63,498 nucleotides of DNA, from positions 1 to 63,498 of the IMG/VR virus record IMGVR_UViG_3300025430_000019; one strand, 5' to 3'. Shown piece after piece: positions 1-9,811 of the stretch. Both the position numbers and the translations under genes were made by a program. The stretch comes from a virus (taxonomy: Duplodnaviria > Caudoviricetes). A model generated the notes under the pieces. It saw only the letters and a list, made by a program, of their open reading frames with translations, ran no database searches and was not told the DNA's origin. Every line of letters begins with the position of its first letter. Positions within the stretch are counted from its first letter, which is position 1.

Positions 1-140
1 TTAACTTCATTGACAGTCTTTTGTACATCTTTGACAAGTGCTTTGCCTTCGTTGTACATAGCGCACAACTCTTTGACCCCAGTGAATGCGGCATTGGCAG
101 CTTGGAAAAGAAGCAGGAATTCAATGGCTGATCCTTATGT
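1..140. repeat. Terminal direct repeat (circular overlap) with 63359-63498
   Basis: 1-140 aligns to 63359-63498; exact for 126 nt, then mismatches at 127/63485 and 138/63496. Confidence 0.95.
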
Positions 141-1673
141 TTTGATAATGAAGTAAATGCCTAAATATGGAGAAATCGTACTAAATGCAGTGCTTGATCC
201 AGTTGAGTTTGTACCTGTAATCCCAGTAGATGCAGCGTTGGTTCCATAAGAAACACTACCACGGGTAGCTCCTGAAAAGAACTGAATACCACCAGAATCA
301 CCTGAAGCCCATGTTGTTGGGAAGTTATTTGAGTGGTTATGGGTTGGATCCGTAATACTATGGACGTGGCTTGGAAGTTGTGCAGAAGACGTCAAAGCTG
401 TTGTGGCTGCACCACCCGTAGAAGCTAAGGCAATTGCAGATAAAGTTCCGGTCAAACTTGTAGAAGATAAAGTCTGGGTTACGCTGACCGTATAAACTCC
501 AACCCCACCAAAAGTACCAGATACAAAACCTGTAATAGTCGTGCCAGAAGCTACGCTACCTCCAGATAAAACTTGATTAACACCAATAGTTCCAGTTCCA
601 AGAGCAGATACAGTTAAAGTAGTACCCGATATACTTCCAGTAAAAGTCGATGTACTTCCAGAAGTTGCACCAATTGGCATAGCACCAGAATAATTAGGTA
701 GTAAGAAAGTGCCGCTTGAGCCGCCAAACGTATACCCAATAACCCCAAATAAAGTAGAGTAGGTAGAAGTAGAAACACCCTGGCCGTTGCATATTAAATA
801 TCCAGAAGGCGGGCTAGATACAGACCACATATTAATAGTTCCTGTTGGAACTCCAACGGGCGTAACAGTATTTTGAACAAAAGCTGTAGTAGCTATGTTT
901 ACTGAATTATCCCCAGTGGGCATAGTTGGAGCCGTTGCCCCCGCAGTGCCTGTAAATGTTGTTCCGCCCGATACCGTCTGAGATATATTAACTGTCCAGG
1001 TAGTACCACTTCCGCTGATAATCTCGGTTCCGCTTGTAACACCGGTTCCAGAAATCCTTTGACCAGGGAATATTACCCCACTGGCTATGGCGCTAACCGT
1101 TAAAGTTGTTCCAGAAATACCACCTGTAAATGATGCGGCAGTATAAGCTCCTAAAACCCCGGCAGCAGATAAATTGCCTACATCCGTTGAATTTCCAGTA
1201 ACGCTTAGGTTACCGTTGATATTAAAGTTACCGGCAGATCCTGTTTGTGCAGAGTAAAAGCCAGCTCCAGATCCTGTGGCATTTGCTGCATCGCAATAGC
1301 ACTGAGCCGTAGTTCCAGACGAGCCGTAAGGAATAGCTAAAGTAGTTGAACCGCCTGTAGCAGACATAGTTATAGTCTGACCGCACAAGTTAACAACAAT
1401 ATACATCTTATTAACCAGGGGAGCTACGATAGTTACCCCAGCACTTGGGCTTCCTGTAAACACAAGAACCATGCTCCTGGCGTCATCTACAGTACCGTTA
1501 TATGCCTGTAATGTATAGGTAGTTAAACCCGTTAAACTGATCGGCCTGACGCCGGAAATAGACTGTTCAAGCAAAGTTCCAAGGTTAGTATTGGTTGTAT
1601 TACCCCAGGTTCCTGACTGGTCGCCCGTGCCCATAATGGCCAGTCTTAGTGATGTTGAGTACGTTGTTGACAT
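135..1673 (-). CDS. Tail fibre protein with tail-collar domain
   Basis: Collar motif VPTGTINMW...[11 protein letters not shown]...[14 protein letters not shown]...FLLPN, HxH motifs, C-terminal [14 protein letters not shown]-rich. Confidence 0.85.
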   Translation of the reverse strand: MSTTYSTSLRLAIMGTGDQSGTWGNTTNTNLGTLLEQSISGVRPISLTGLTTYTLQAYNGTVDDARSMVLVFTGSPSAGVTIVAPLVNKMYIVVNLCGQTITMSATGGSTTLAIPYGSSGTTAQCYCDAANATGSGAGFYSAQTGSAGNFNINGNLSVTGNSTDVGNLSAAGVLGAYTAASFTGGISGTTLTVSAIASGVIFPGQRISGTGVTSGTEIISGSGTTWTVNISQTVSGGTTFTGTAGATAPTMPTGDNSVNIATTAFVQNTVTPVGVPTGTINMWSVSSPPSGYLICNGQGVSTSTYSTLFGVIGYTFGGSSGTFLLPNYSGAMPIGATSGSTSTFTGSISGTTLTVSALGTGTIGVNQVLSGGSVASGTTITGFVSGTFGGVGVYTVSVTQTLSSTSLTGTLSAIALASTGGAATTALTSSAQLPSHVHSITDPTHNHSNNFPTTWASGDSGGIQFFSGATRGSVSYGTNAASTGITGTNSTGSSTAFSTISPYLGIYFIIKT

Positions 1674-1682
1674 AGTAAGTCC

Positions 1683-2408
1683 TTACTGACTGTTGTTTAT
1701 CTTTACCCAAACGGTTGTTTGACCGTTATTGAGCTGTGTCCAAGTTTCTGATTGACTGTCATTGATCTGCGCCCAAGATGTACTTTGAGCACTATTTACC
1801 TGGGTCCATGTCTCAGACTGTGCATCGTTTACCGCAGCCCAAGTCACTATCTGACTATCGTTGATTCTAAACCAACCCCCCACGGCGTTCAAGTCAAGGA
1901 ATGAAAGCAGCTCGGTTATAGCCTCGACAAACTGGGCGGTAATAGTTGGGGAATCTTTAAGGCTAAACGCCTCCGTTATGCTGACCGAGGTGTTGACATT
2001 AGCCGTTGAGGAGTCGGCTAAGCTGAAGTTCTGGGTAATAGACTGGAGGAAAGCTGAAGTCTGGGTGCTTGAGTCTGCAAATATCAGGTTTTCTGAGATA
2101 GAGTTAACAAAAGCCCAAGACTGCGTGTTGGAATCGGCTAAGCTAAAGTTCTCTGAGCGCGTCTCAAGGAATGAGGACTGCTGAGTATTTGAATCGGCAA
2201 AAGATACTGGCTCCCCGATACCTTCGATATAAGTGTCAATCTCGCTGTTAAAGTCAGTAAAGATTAAAGGCTCTGATAAAGCCAAAGGGAAATTGGCGGT
2301 AATGGTCGGAGTATCCGCAAACCCAACGTTCTGAGTAATCGTTAAGATGTACTGAGTTGACCCTAGGGAAGCAAAGGGTGGTTGGGCAAATGCGGCGTAT
2401 CCAAACAA
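1683..2408 (-). CDS. Virion structural protein with ~19-aa and 11-aa repeats
   Basis: Repeats ENFSLADSNTQ and C-terminal W..(I/V)N..Q; lies in tail module. Confidence 0.6.
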   Translation of the reverse strand: MFGYAAFAQPPFASLGSTQYILTITQNVGFADTPTITANFPLALSEPLIFTDFNSEIDTYIEGIGEPVSFADSNTQQSSFLETRSENFSLADSNTQSWAFVNSISENLIFADSSTQTSAFLQSITQNFSLADSSTANVNTSVSITEAFSLKDSPTITAQFVEAITELLSFLDLNAVGGWFRINDSQIVTWAAVNDAQSETWTQVNSAQSTSWAQINDSQSETWTQLNNGQTTVWVKINNSQ

Positions 2409-2861
2409 TTAAGCAGACCTCACTAAACAACCTGAAAAATTAGTATACGTTAACCCCGCAATAATTTGAGTTCCTCCAGAATAAACCCAAATTTCAAAAA
2501 AATCTGAAGTCCCGTTTGCTTGCATTAAAGTTGAAATATTTAAAATTTGAGAACTTGCTCCGGAGCCTGTTGGAGTTGAACTTCCTTGCATAATTACACT
2601 GTTGTTTTTGTAAAGTGCAATATATCCGTTAATACCGGAACCTCCAAGTTGCGCCTGACCGTTTAATTGATAGTAACCCGCAATAGTAGGTGTAAATCTG
2701 TATGTTGAGGTGTTATTAAAGTTTGTATTTGTATCAAATACTTTTGTATCGAAAAGAACTTTTGTCCATGTGTTTGCCGTAATTGTTTGTGTAGTACCTA
2801 AACTAACTAAAAAAGCAGGACCACCTAAAGACATTTGAGGCTGAACTTGGGTTAATGACAT
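2409..2861 (-). CDS. C1q/BclA-like beta-sandwich tail-fibre module
   Basis: PAF...TWTKVLFDTKVFDT..NF..STYRFTPTIAGYYQ pattern typical of C1q-like domains. Confidence 0.6.
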   Translation of the reverse strand: MSLTQVQPQMSLGGPAFLVSLGTTQTITANTWTKVLFDTKVFDTNTNFNNTSTYRFTPTIAGYYQLNGQAQLGGSGINGYIALYKNNSVIMQGSSTPTGSGASSQILNISTLMQANGTSDFFEIWVYSGGTQIIAGLTYTNFSGCLVRSA

Positions 2862-2890
2862 AGTTATTCCTTACTTATATAGTGTGTTGG

Positions 2891-3541
2891 TTACCATTCA
2901 AATATAACAATACCATTTCCGCCAGGCTGTGAATTTGGATAAGTAGCATTGAATGCGCCTCCTCCACCAGCCCCATAAGCATTTGAAGAGCCATAGTTTA
3001 GACCTCCAGCCGCACCTCCTCCGTTACCACCACCGCCACCACCGCCACCAAAAATACTTGCACCACCTAATCCCGCCACGTTGTAGTTCGTACCAACTGC
3101 TGAACCACCCGCACCACCTGGAATATTTAACGTTGCATTTGAACAAGTTCCACCAGGTCCCCCTCCATAAGCACTTACAGCACCAGTACCACCAGTGGCA
3201 GTAATAGTTGTAATAGTTTGAGTTCCTGAAGAAATGCTCGAACTAGTCCCTGAGTTTCCAAAAACACCTGCTGCGCTTACCGATGCACCACCCGATCCAA
3301 CAGTTACAGAAATTGTGTTTCCAGGAGTTAAGCTAGTAAGCCAAGAAATTCCAGCACCTGCAGCTCCTCCACCAGCTCCACCTTGGTTTCCAGCAATAGG
3401 GCCACCTCCAGAACCGCCACCGCCAACAACAGTAACTTTGAGTGCTGTAACTCCTGTCGGTATAGTAAATGTTCCACTGGATGTAAATGCTTGTCCGTAA
3501 ACACCGGGTAATACAGATGCTATGTATACTGCATTGGTCAT
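2891..3541 (-). CDS. Glycine-rich tail-associated protein
   Basis: FTSSGTFTIPTGVT..KVTVVGGGG...GGNGIVIFEW glycine-rich domain. Confidence 0.7.
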   Translation of the reverse strand: MTNAVYIASVLPGVYGQAFTSSGTFTIPTGVTALKVTVVGGGGSGGGPIAGNQGGAGGGAAGAGISWLTSLTPGNTISVTVGSGGASVSAAGVFGNSGTSSSISSGTQTITTITATGGTGAVSAYGGGPGGTCSNATLNIPGGAGGSAVGTNYNVAGLGGASIFGGGGGGGGNGGGAAGGLNYGSSNAYGAGGGGAFNATYPNSQPGGNGIVIFEW

Positions 3542-3807
3542 ACTGTTACTCCAGTCAAAGCTGTTATTTCAGCAGAGGTTAGTCCTAGTGCTGTTAGCTT
3601 AGATATTGCAGATGCTTTAGCCGTTGCTTGGGATTGTTCATTAGCAGTTTCTTGGGCTTGTAGCCTAACTATTTCATCTTCTATTTGTTTATCAGTCAAA
3701 TTGCATTCAGTTGGCTTAATCCATTGAACGACAACATCATTTTCCATGATAAGTTCTGCACCAGGTATTAAAGATACAATTGCATCATGTTTTCTTATTA
3801 TTCTCAT
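3538..3807 (-). CDS. Small tail-fibre-associated protein (paralog of 5343-5630)
   Basis: C-terminal ASAISKLTALGLTSAEI; overlaps neighbours. Confidence 0.6.
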   Translation of the reverse strand: MRIIRKHDAIVSLIPGAELIMENDVVVQWIKPTECNLTDKQIEDEIVRLQAQETANEQSQATAKASAISKLTALGLTSAEITALTGVTV

Positions 3808-4853
3808 CCTGCAATCTCCATAGCAATAAGTTGGTTCAAGTTAGTAGCACTATAGTCATTTAAATAAACCGTTGAGGAAGTTGTTGCTAAACCAATTTGA
3901 TAAGATATTGCAGAGGTTGTTGCAGGTGAGTCAACAAAATTATATGAGGTATTTGTCCAATTTCTATTAACGGTAAAACTATCCGTGAATATTCCATTAC
4001 CAGCAGAAACATTAGTTCCATTACGCATAAATGTAAAGTATGTATATGCGTTCATTTGAACACTTAAAGAGCAAAACAAAAATATTCTGCTACTCGTACT
4101 ATTTGGCGTAATAGATAGTGTCGGCCCAATTCCTGCAAAAGTTGCACTACTACTAGAATACCTTGCATTTATATTAGCTGTTACAACTTGCAGTATTCCG
4201 CCTGTTTGTGCCGCCATTGGTCTTCCACTACTATTAAGTATTGACCCGCTTGTTACAGTTGGCGTTGTCATAGATGGAGTAACTAAAGACAGGCTAGATG
4301 CTAATTGGCTAGACCCAACTGCGCCTGAAGCTATATAAGAACCTGTCACCGCGCCCGCAGTAGCAGGAATAGCATTAAGAACTGAGCTAACCAGGAAGCT
4401 CTCTATCGTTACCGTATCCCCTGTTGTACATCCATTGTTTAAAACTACCGTAGTTCCGTTGGTCGCTGTGTAGTCTGGGGTCGGCAGGTATACACCGTTT
4501 CTGTATACGTTAATAAATCCTGCTGTGTAGCTAGGCGGTGTAAATGTAGTCTGTCCTGATGTTGCAGTAAAGTTAGTTACTGTTCTGTAAGCCGTTGTTG
4601 TGACATTAGACGCAGGTATGCCTAAATACCTGGCTGATATATTTCCTGTTCCGCTTGGCGGTGCGCCCGAGAAGGTCAGCGTTGTACCTGATACTGAATA
4701 TGTACTCGGATCTTGAACGACACCTGATACAACCACCAAGACGGACGCAGTGTTCGCAGGTGCAACAGACATTGTAAAAACAGTAGTTGAGTTATTCCCG
4801 TTGAACGTATCTACTACGAACGCTATTTGGTACGGTTGATTTCCAATGTACAT
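3804..4853 (-). CDS. Tail-fibre-like protein (MYIGN family, copy 1)
   Basis: N-terminus paralogous to 5627-6667; C-terminal QVV...DSPATTS domain shared with 4854-5339. Confidence 0.7.
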   Translation of the reverse strand: MYIGNQPYQIAFVVDTFNGNNSTTVFTMSVAPANTASVLVVVSGVVQDPSTYSVSGTTLTFSGAPPSGTGNISARYLGIPASNVTTTAYRTVTNFTATSGQTTFTPPSYTAGFINVYRNGVYLPTPDYTATNGTTVVLNNGCTTGDTVTIESFLVSSVLNAIPATAGAVTGSYIASGAVGSSQLASSLSLVTPSMTTPTVTSGSILNSSGRPMAAQTGGILQVVTANINARYSSSSATFAGIGPTLSITPNSTSSRIFLFCSLSVQMNAYTYFTFMRNGTNVSAGNGIFTDSFTVNRNWTNTSYNFVDSPATTSAISYQIGLATTSSTVYLNDYSATNLNQLIAMEIAG

Positions 4854-5339
4854 TTAGCGAATTTCCTTAAGTATTATTATTGATGTTTGCCCATTGGCAT
4901 TTATAGTTCCTGTACCTGCATTAACACCCCAATATACAGTATAAGTTGTGCTTGAAGTTGTTGCAGGAGAATCTAAATATTGCCAAGACAAATTACTTTG
5001 TACTGAGCTTCCTGGTGAATATAAAAGCCCAAAACTTTGAGTAATACCTGAACCCCCAGCAAGATTTGTAGAATTTCTATAAGTAGTTGCTGAAACATAA
5101 TCACCCGCCCCAGGCGTATTAACATCAACTAAGGTTACAGCTATTAATATCTTACTTGTTGAGAACTGTGGAGTAATTGAAGCTGTTAATCCTAATGAAA
5201 CAAATGATGTTGAGGATGTAGTAAGTCCTCCTCCTATAGTACCCTGCACAACCTGAATCACCGACCCAGTTGGCATATTAACAGCCGTTATGATCTGACT
5301 TTGGGATAAACCTGTATTGTCTATTGTTGAGAGTGGCAT
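4854..5339 (-). CDS. Tail-associated beta-rich protein
   Basis: GSVIQVV...ITPQFSTSKILI...LDSPATTSSTTY. Confidence 0.6.
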   Translation of the reverse strand: MPLSTIDNTGLSQSQIITAVNMPTGSVIQVVQGTIGGGLTTSSTSFVSLGLTASITPQFSTSKILIAVTLVDVNTPGAGDYVSATTYRNSTNLAGGSGITQSFGLLYSPGSSVQSNLSWQYLDSPATTSSTTYTVYWGVNAGTGTINANGQTSIIILKEIR

Positions 5340-5342
5340 GGT

Positions 5343-5630
5343 TTAACCTAGTATAGATTTGATCTCATCTGCTGTAATGCCAAGCGCATTTAGTTTGGCC
5401 ATTGCTGACGCTCTTGTTGATGCTGCTGTTGTAATTAATGCTTGCAATGCTGTCTTATCTGCATCGTGTTGCGTTTGGTTATACACAATTTCCCCGTTAA
5501 CTAATGTTAAATACGGGTACTTATCAAACGTAAATGATGTAGGAATAAGCACCGCATCTGACGGTATAAGCGATACCTGCGTATCATCAAACCCCCAAGT
5601 TTTATTATCAGGTGTTATATAGTGGTTCAT
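5343..5630 (-). CDS. Small tail-fibre-associated protein (paralog of 3538-3807)
   Basis: C-terminal ASAMAKLNALGITADEI. Confidence 0.6.
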   Translation of the reverse strand: MNHYITPDNKTWGFDDTQVSLIPSDAVLIPTSFTFDKYPYLTLVNGEIVYNQTQHDADKTALQALITTAASTRASAMAKLNALGITADEIKSILG

Positions 5631-6667
5631 CGTAATTCAACCCAAGTATTAAGTGCGCCACTACCGCCATTCGTAGCCACGCTATATGTAGCACCGACTG
5701 GAACAACTCCGCAAACCGGACCAAAATAATTTGTTGTAGGAGCTTGCATACTTGTAAAAACAACAACACTGCTAACCGTTAAACTTGTTGCATATCCTAC
5801 AGTATTAGATCCAGTCATTACAAAAACAAATATGGGTCTTCCAGTTGAATTGGTGTAAGTTGTACCAAGTGCCCTACTTCCTGTTACGCTCGTCCATGTT
5901 TGAGGACTATATCCTAATGAAGTAGATGTTTGTGTGCTTGTATCTGAAAAAGTAATATATTTGCTTGAGCCTAATTGAACGCCTGTACTTGTTATTTGTG
6001 CAGAATATGCAGATTTAGCCTGACCAAATCCACCAGTGTAAAACTGAATGGCGTTAGATGTCCCTGTGCTGTCAGTAGCAATAACTAAATTACCCGTAGT
6101 TCCTGATCCGCTTGGAGCGGACATCAACAAATAACCTTCATTAGCACCTGTAGTCGTATAACTTGAATTGTTATATGTTGAGCTGGTAATGCCCATGTCC
6201 ACCCAGCCCGATGCGTCATTACCGTTATTTGGGTATGCTGAAAAATCAGCAGAACTATTCGCACCGTTAAAAGTGTTATAGATGTACGTTTGGATATAGT
6301 TATTAGCTGATCCGGTACTACCTGTAATTGGGTTTGTAGCGCCGCCCAAAGGAGCAGATGTGCCTGTGTAAACCGGCCCTGTTACCTGGTATGAATTCGT
6401 AGGAACAATAACCTGTACAAGTAAGCTCGTGTACTGAACCCAAATATTATTTGTACCGCTTGGGGGTGCAGAAGCAAACGTAATCGTATTGCCTGAAACT
6501 GTATAAGCTGATCCTGGGTTCTGTGTGACGTTAGCTACTACCACTAACATCTGATATGTAGATGCAACCGGACGAGACAGTGTAAAAACTGTGGTCGAGG
6601 CATTCCCGCTGAAGAAGTCTACAGCAGGTGTGTAAGCTTGGTTGTTTGGGGTATTGCCTATATACAC
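5627..6667 (-). CDS. Tail-fibre-like protein (MYIGN family, copy 2), GTG start
   Basis: Paralogous N-terminus; C-terminal RALGTTYTNSTGRPIFV...WVELR tip-like domain. Confidence 0.7.
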   Translation of the reverse strand: MYIGNTPNNQAYTPAVDFFSGNASTTVFTLSRPVASTYQMLVVVANVTQNPGSAYTVSGNTITFASAPPSGTNNIWVQYTSLLVQVIVPTNSYQVTGPVYTGTSAPLGGATNPITGSTGSANNYIQTYIYNTFNGANSSADFSAYPNNGNDASGWVDMGITSSTYNNSSYTTTGANEGYLLMSAPSGSGTTGNLVIATDSTGTSNAIQFYTGGFGQAKSAYSAQITSTGVQLGSSKYITFSDTSTQTSTSLGYSPQTWTSVTGSRALGTTYTNSTGRPIFVFVMTGSNTVGYATSLTVSSVVVFTSMQAPTTNYFGPVCGVVPVGATYSVATNGGSGALNTWVELR

Positions 6668-6676
6668 AACTAATCC

Positions 6677-7003
6677 TTAAATTGCGGTAAGGGCGCTAAT
6701 CCACACATCGCCAGAAGTAGCCGTGCCGTTTTGCACATACAAGGCATCACTTGCAATCAGTACTACTCTGCTTCCCTGAATCACCTCAAGAGAGCCGCCA
6801 GCCGGAACAGTGGCTTGATAGACCAAATAGTAATTAACCGCTGAACGCGTAATATATACAGAAGTCGTAATGGGGGATGCTGTTGTATTAGATACGATCA
6901 AACTGGCAATAGCTACTGTGCCCGAACTAATCGAAGAAATAACCGCCACCGCTGATGTACCAACGTTCTTATAGGCATAGGATGTATTTGCGTATGTGGT
7001 CAT
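6677..7003 (-). CDS. Virion structural protein
   Basis: Intact ORF with AAGG-type context in tail module; beta-rich. Confidence 0.6.
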   Translation of the reverse strand: MTTYANTSYAYKNVGTSAVAVISSISSGTVAIASLIVSNTTASPITTSVYITRSAVNYYLVYQATVPAGGSLEVIQGSRVVLIASDALYVQNGTATSGDVWISALTAI

Positions 7004-7004
7004 G

Positions 7005-7376
7005 TTAGCCCATCATAAAAGATTGAAAGTATGCGCTCTGATCCGGCACGTTTGAATATGCAGAAAACTCAGAGGGGTATGTACAGAACACCGTCAGTGT
7101 ATCTGATGTGCTAAAACTAATCAGTGAAGTGTTTCCTGAACTATTAGACAGCACCGTTGTGCGAGATAGCGTATTACCAGAGGAAGTATAAGAACCAATT
7201 CCAACTTCCCAAGTAGCCGCAGTAGGATCTACGATTGTGTAATAAGTGGAGTTGCCGTTACCAATCCCGTTAGAAAATGTCTGAAAGCTGTTTACTGCGC
7301 CCGATAGATTAACCGAGCCTGTGCCCGTGGCTACAGTGCCATTCTCCTGAACGCGATCCGCAACTACAAAAGCCAT
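7005..7376 (-). CDS. Virion structural protein
   Basis: MAFVVADRVQE...WEVGIG...LSRTTVLS...VFCTYP, common in tailed-phage tail modules. Confidence 0.6.
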   Translation of the reverse strand: MAFVVADRVQENGTVATGTGSVNLSGAVNSFQTFSNGIGNGNSTYYTIVDPTAATWEVGIGSYTSSGNTLSRTTVLSNSSGNTSLISFSTSDTLTVFCTYPSEFSAYSNVPDQSAYFQSFMMG

Positions 7377-7385
7377 TCATAATCC

Positions 7386-7997
7386 TTAAGACGTGGCAGT
7401 GGTCGAATATGTAACTGCTACAGTATCACCTGCGGTTGTTGTTTTAGCTACTGAGAACCCACCTGCACTCCAAAGAGTTCCAGTTGTTGAGCTTTGTGTG
7501 GAGCTTGCGCCTGTACCTGTAACCAAGAAACATCCTGTAATCGTACCGCCAGAACCTGTGATTGTGTAAGTAATAGCCGTTGCAGAACTCGTCACAATGT
7601 TAGAGCCTGAAGTCGTTACGTTATTGCCTGTAGCAGTAGCAAACACTGCTGTGCCGCGAACGGCAGAACCACCAACGGTATAGTTCGTAAACTCTGTCCA
7701 ATCTGAATGAGAAGACATTGTGTCTGTAGGTGAATACCCTGTACTTGTAGCAATAAGACCAAGATAAGGCCCAACAAGCGTATAACCTGAAGCAGTATAC
7801 AAAGTGGTGTTCATCATTAGAATCTTGCCAACCTGTACAACCTGGTTCTCAAACCCTTCTTCCCACTTCACATTACCGCTTGCGTCACGGCAAGTCATAG
7901 TCCAAAAGCCTTCTAAGCCAATTGGGTTTTCTGCTTTTGCATTTGTATGGAGCGTAGCTACTGCGTAATCTCCACATCCTTGTACTTCGTTAGCCAT
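7386..7997 (-). CDS. Virion structural protein (start revised to MANEVQ)
   Basis: AGGAG upstream of ATG at 7997; avoids overlap with 8006-8434. Confidence 0.6.
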   Translation of the reverse strand: MANEVQGCGDYAVATLHTNAKAENPIGLEGFWTMTCRDASGNVKWEEGFENQVVQVGKILMMNTTLYTASGYTLVGPYLGLIATSTGYSPTDTMSSHSDWTEFTNYTVGGSAVRGTAVFATATGNNVTTSGSNIVTSSATAITYTITGSGGTITGCFLVTGTGASSTQSSTTGTLWSAGGFSVAKTTTAGDTVAVTYSTTATS

Positions 7998-8005
7998 TGT
8001 GACTC

Positions 8006-8434
8006 CTAAGAAATTGTTATAACAGCAGTAGATGAAGTTGCTGCGGGCCAAGTTATTGTGAAGTTACTCATAGTAATATCACTGCCAAAATTTAAAACTG
8101 CTACCGAGTTTCCTGTAGTCGCATTGTAGATTAAAGCGCCCCTAGCTGTAATAGTTGCGCCCGTCCAGGTCACATTATTAAAGTAAGGAAATGCTACGTT
8201 ATTCGCTAAATCTACGCTTGGGTTTTGGGAGATTGTGATTGTATTTCCACCGGCTGTATAACCAGTAGCCACAACCTCATTGGAAGTTCCAGAATAGGTT
8301 GAAGTTGTATTGCCAAGAGTAGCTAACCCAGTATACAAAGCAACCTTATATGTATAAGGAGAGCTTGTTGTAAAGTTAACCAGACCGTTTAAGCAGTCTG
8401 ATTTAAACTGGGTAGTTTGGGTTTGGACGATCAT
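8006..8434 (-). CDS. Virion structural protein
   Basis: YKVALYT...NEV..TGYTAGG...ARGALIYN...VAVLNFG. Confidence 0.6.
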   Translation of the reverse strand: MIVQTQTTQFKSDCLNGLVNFTTSSPYTYKVALYTGLATLGNTTSTYSGTSNEVVATGYTAGGNTITISQNPSVDLANNVAFPYFNNVTWTGATITARGALIYNATTGNSVAVLNFGSDITMSNFTITWPAATSSTAVITIS

Positions 8435-9384
8435 ATAGCAGCATTACCTTTAATATTTGTATTGAGCTTTGTTTGACCATCCCTGTACGCATCGCCTCTC
8501 TCAAGTCCATCACCAAGGCGTTTAGCAAGTTGAAGTGCTTCAGAGTACTTATCTTCGTAGTACTTAACCATATCCTGCTCACCCTTCATGAATAGCATTG
8601 CTTCGCGCATAGATCCATATAAAAGCACGGGATCAAAGTTATCCCCCAACCAGCTTGTGCCAGTTGAGTTGTTAATCGTTGCAACTGGAACGGAAAAGCC
8701 AGAACCAGAGCCGCCAACATAGGTAGACAATACGCTCAATGTATCTCCTACCTGGTAGAAGTTACCACCATTTTGCAGAGTAACTGAAGAAACCGTTCCG
8801 CCAGAACCGATCAAAATATCTCCATAAGCGCCATTTCCAGATCCGCCAGACAACGGTACATTCTGATAAAGACCAGGAGTATATGTAGATCCAGCAGTTA
8901 CCGATCCAAGGCCAGTAATAATGCCTTGAACGATTGAGGGCGGATAAAAGAAATAGTGCAGTTCTACGTTATAAGTATTTGTAGAATCTGGGGTAGGACC
9001 AAGAATACAAGATAACTCATTAGCATTGCCGTACTGAGGGCCAAATATCGCATAATACTTAGGAACACCAGTAGCATTTGGGCTAGGATAAGCTTCTCTA
9101 ATAAAGTTAACGTCTTTATTAAGCAGATAAGTAAAAGGTACAGTCGTATAGTCAGACGTATAAACAGCTATTGAATAAGTAGATAGCCAATCTAATGGCA
9201 AAGATAAATACTGATTCCCGCCGGTTAAAGTACCTGTTACGTTCTTACGGAGTGAGGCAAAATTAATCGTGTTATACACACGCTCCTCACACTGCTGAAC
9301 GAATATAGGAATATTTGAAAGAAACAAAGACTCCGTATTCTCAGCATACGCTTGGATCGTGTTGTATAACGTCTCGTAGTTCAC
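8431..9384 (-). CDS. Head-tail adaptor / tail tubular-like protein with inserted beta domain
   Basis: KDVNFIREAYP...PKYYA..GPTPD...ELHYFFYP...WLGDNFDPVLLYG; position in morphogenesis block. Confidence 0.55.
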   Translation of the reverse strand: MNYETLYNTIQAYAENTESLFLSNIPIFVQQCEERVYNTINFASLRKNVTGTLTGGNQYLSLPLDWLSTYSIAVYTSDYTTVPFTYLLNKDVNFIREAYPSPNATGVPKYYAIFGPQYGNANELSCILGPTPDSTNTYNVELHYFFYPPSIVQGIITGLGSVTAGSTYTPGLYQNVPLSGGSGNGAYGDILIGSGGTVSSVTLQNGGNFYQVGDTLSVLSTYVGGSGSGFSVPVATINNSTGTSWLGDNFDPVLLYGSMREAMLFMKGEQDMVKYYEDKYSEALQLAKRLGDGLERGDAYRDGQTKLNTNIKGNAAI

Positions 9385-9623
9385 GCCATTGGCCCCCTAG
9401 CAATTCTGCCTTTAGTAGCAGCGCCATTTCCACGAGTTTCAATTCCTGTTGTCTCAACCATATCGTTGTGACCAATAGAAACACCACCGTTTAGTGGAGT
9501 CCAATTTTTACGGGTTGGCATTTCAACAGAGAAACCAATGTCTTTTTGCTCTAAAGCAGAACCATCCATTTTGTGTGGCGGCGCATACTCAGATGCTGGG
9601 CCATTAAACTTTTTAGTAGCCAT
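9381..9623 (-). CDS. Small basic virion protein
   Basis: C-terminal GIETRGNGAATKGRIARGPMA. Confidence 0.6.
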   Translation of the reverse strand: MATKKFNGPASEYAPPHKMDGSALEQKDIGFSVEMPTRKNWTPLNGGVSIGHNDMVETTGIETRGNGAATKGRIARGPMA

Positions 9624-9802
9624 TATTTGCTCCCAGGTTTTTGGTTGCGTGCACGTGCTAGATTACGGCCCATAGCTTTCATAGCTTTGCCTGTTACACC
9701 GCCCTTAGCCATTTTCTTTACGCCAAGTTTCTTTTCTTCTTTTTGAAGCATTGACTTAATAAGCTTTTTGTCTTCTGCTTCGTCTTCATGTTTTTTAGCC
9801 AT
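9623..9802 (-). CDS. Small basic protein, 59 aa (not in ORF track)
   Basis: Translated by hand: MAKKHEDEAEDKKLIKSMLQKEEKKLGVKKMAKGGVTGKAMKAMGRNLARARNQKPGSK; GGAG SD; TAATG coupling to next gene. Confidence 0.8.
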   Translation of the reverse strand: MAKKHEDEAEDKKLIKSMLQKEEKKLGVKKMAKGGVTGKAMKAMGRNLARARNQKPGSK

Positions 9803-9811
9803 TTTCTACTC

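Noticed and set aside
123-137. Read-through fusion of the tail fibre with the next in-frame gene across the circular junction
   Set aside because: TAA stop, an SD overlapping it, and a complete fibre C-terminus.
135-6667. Diversity-generating retroelement or invertible tail-fibre cassette
   Set aside because: No reverse transcriptase or invertase, no near-identical template/variable repeat pair seen, and all genes are co-oriented.
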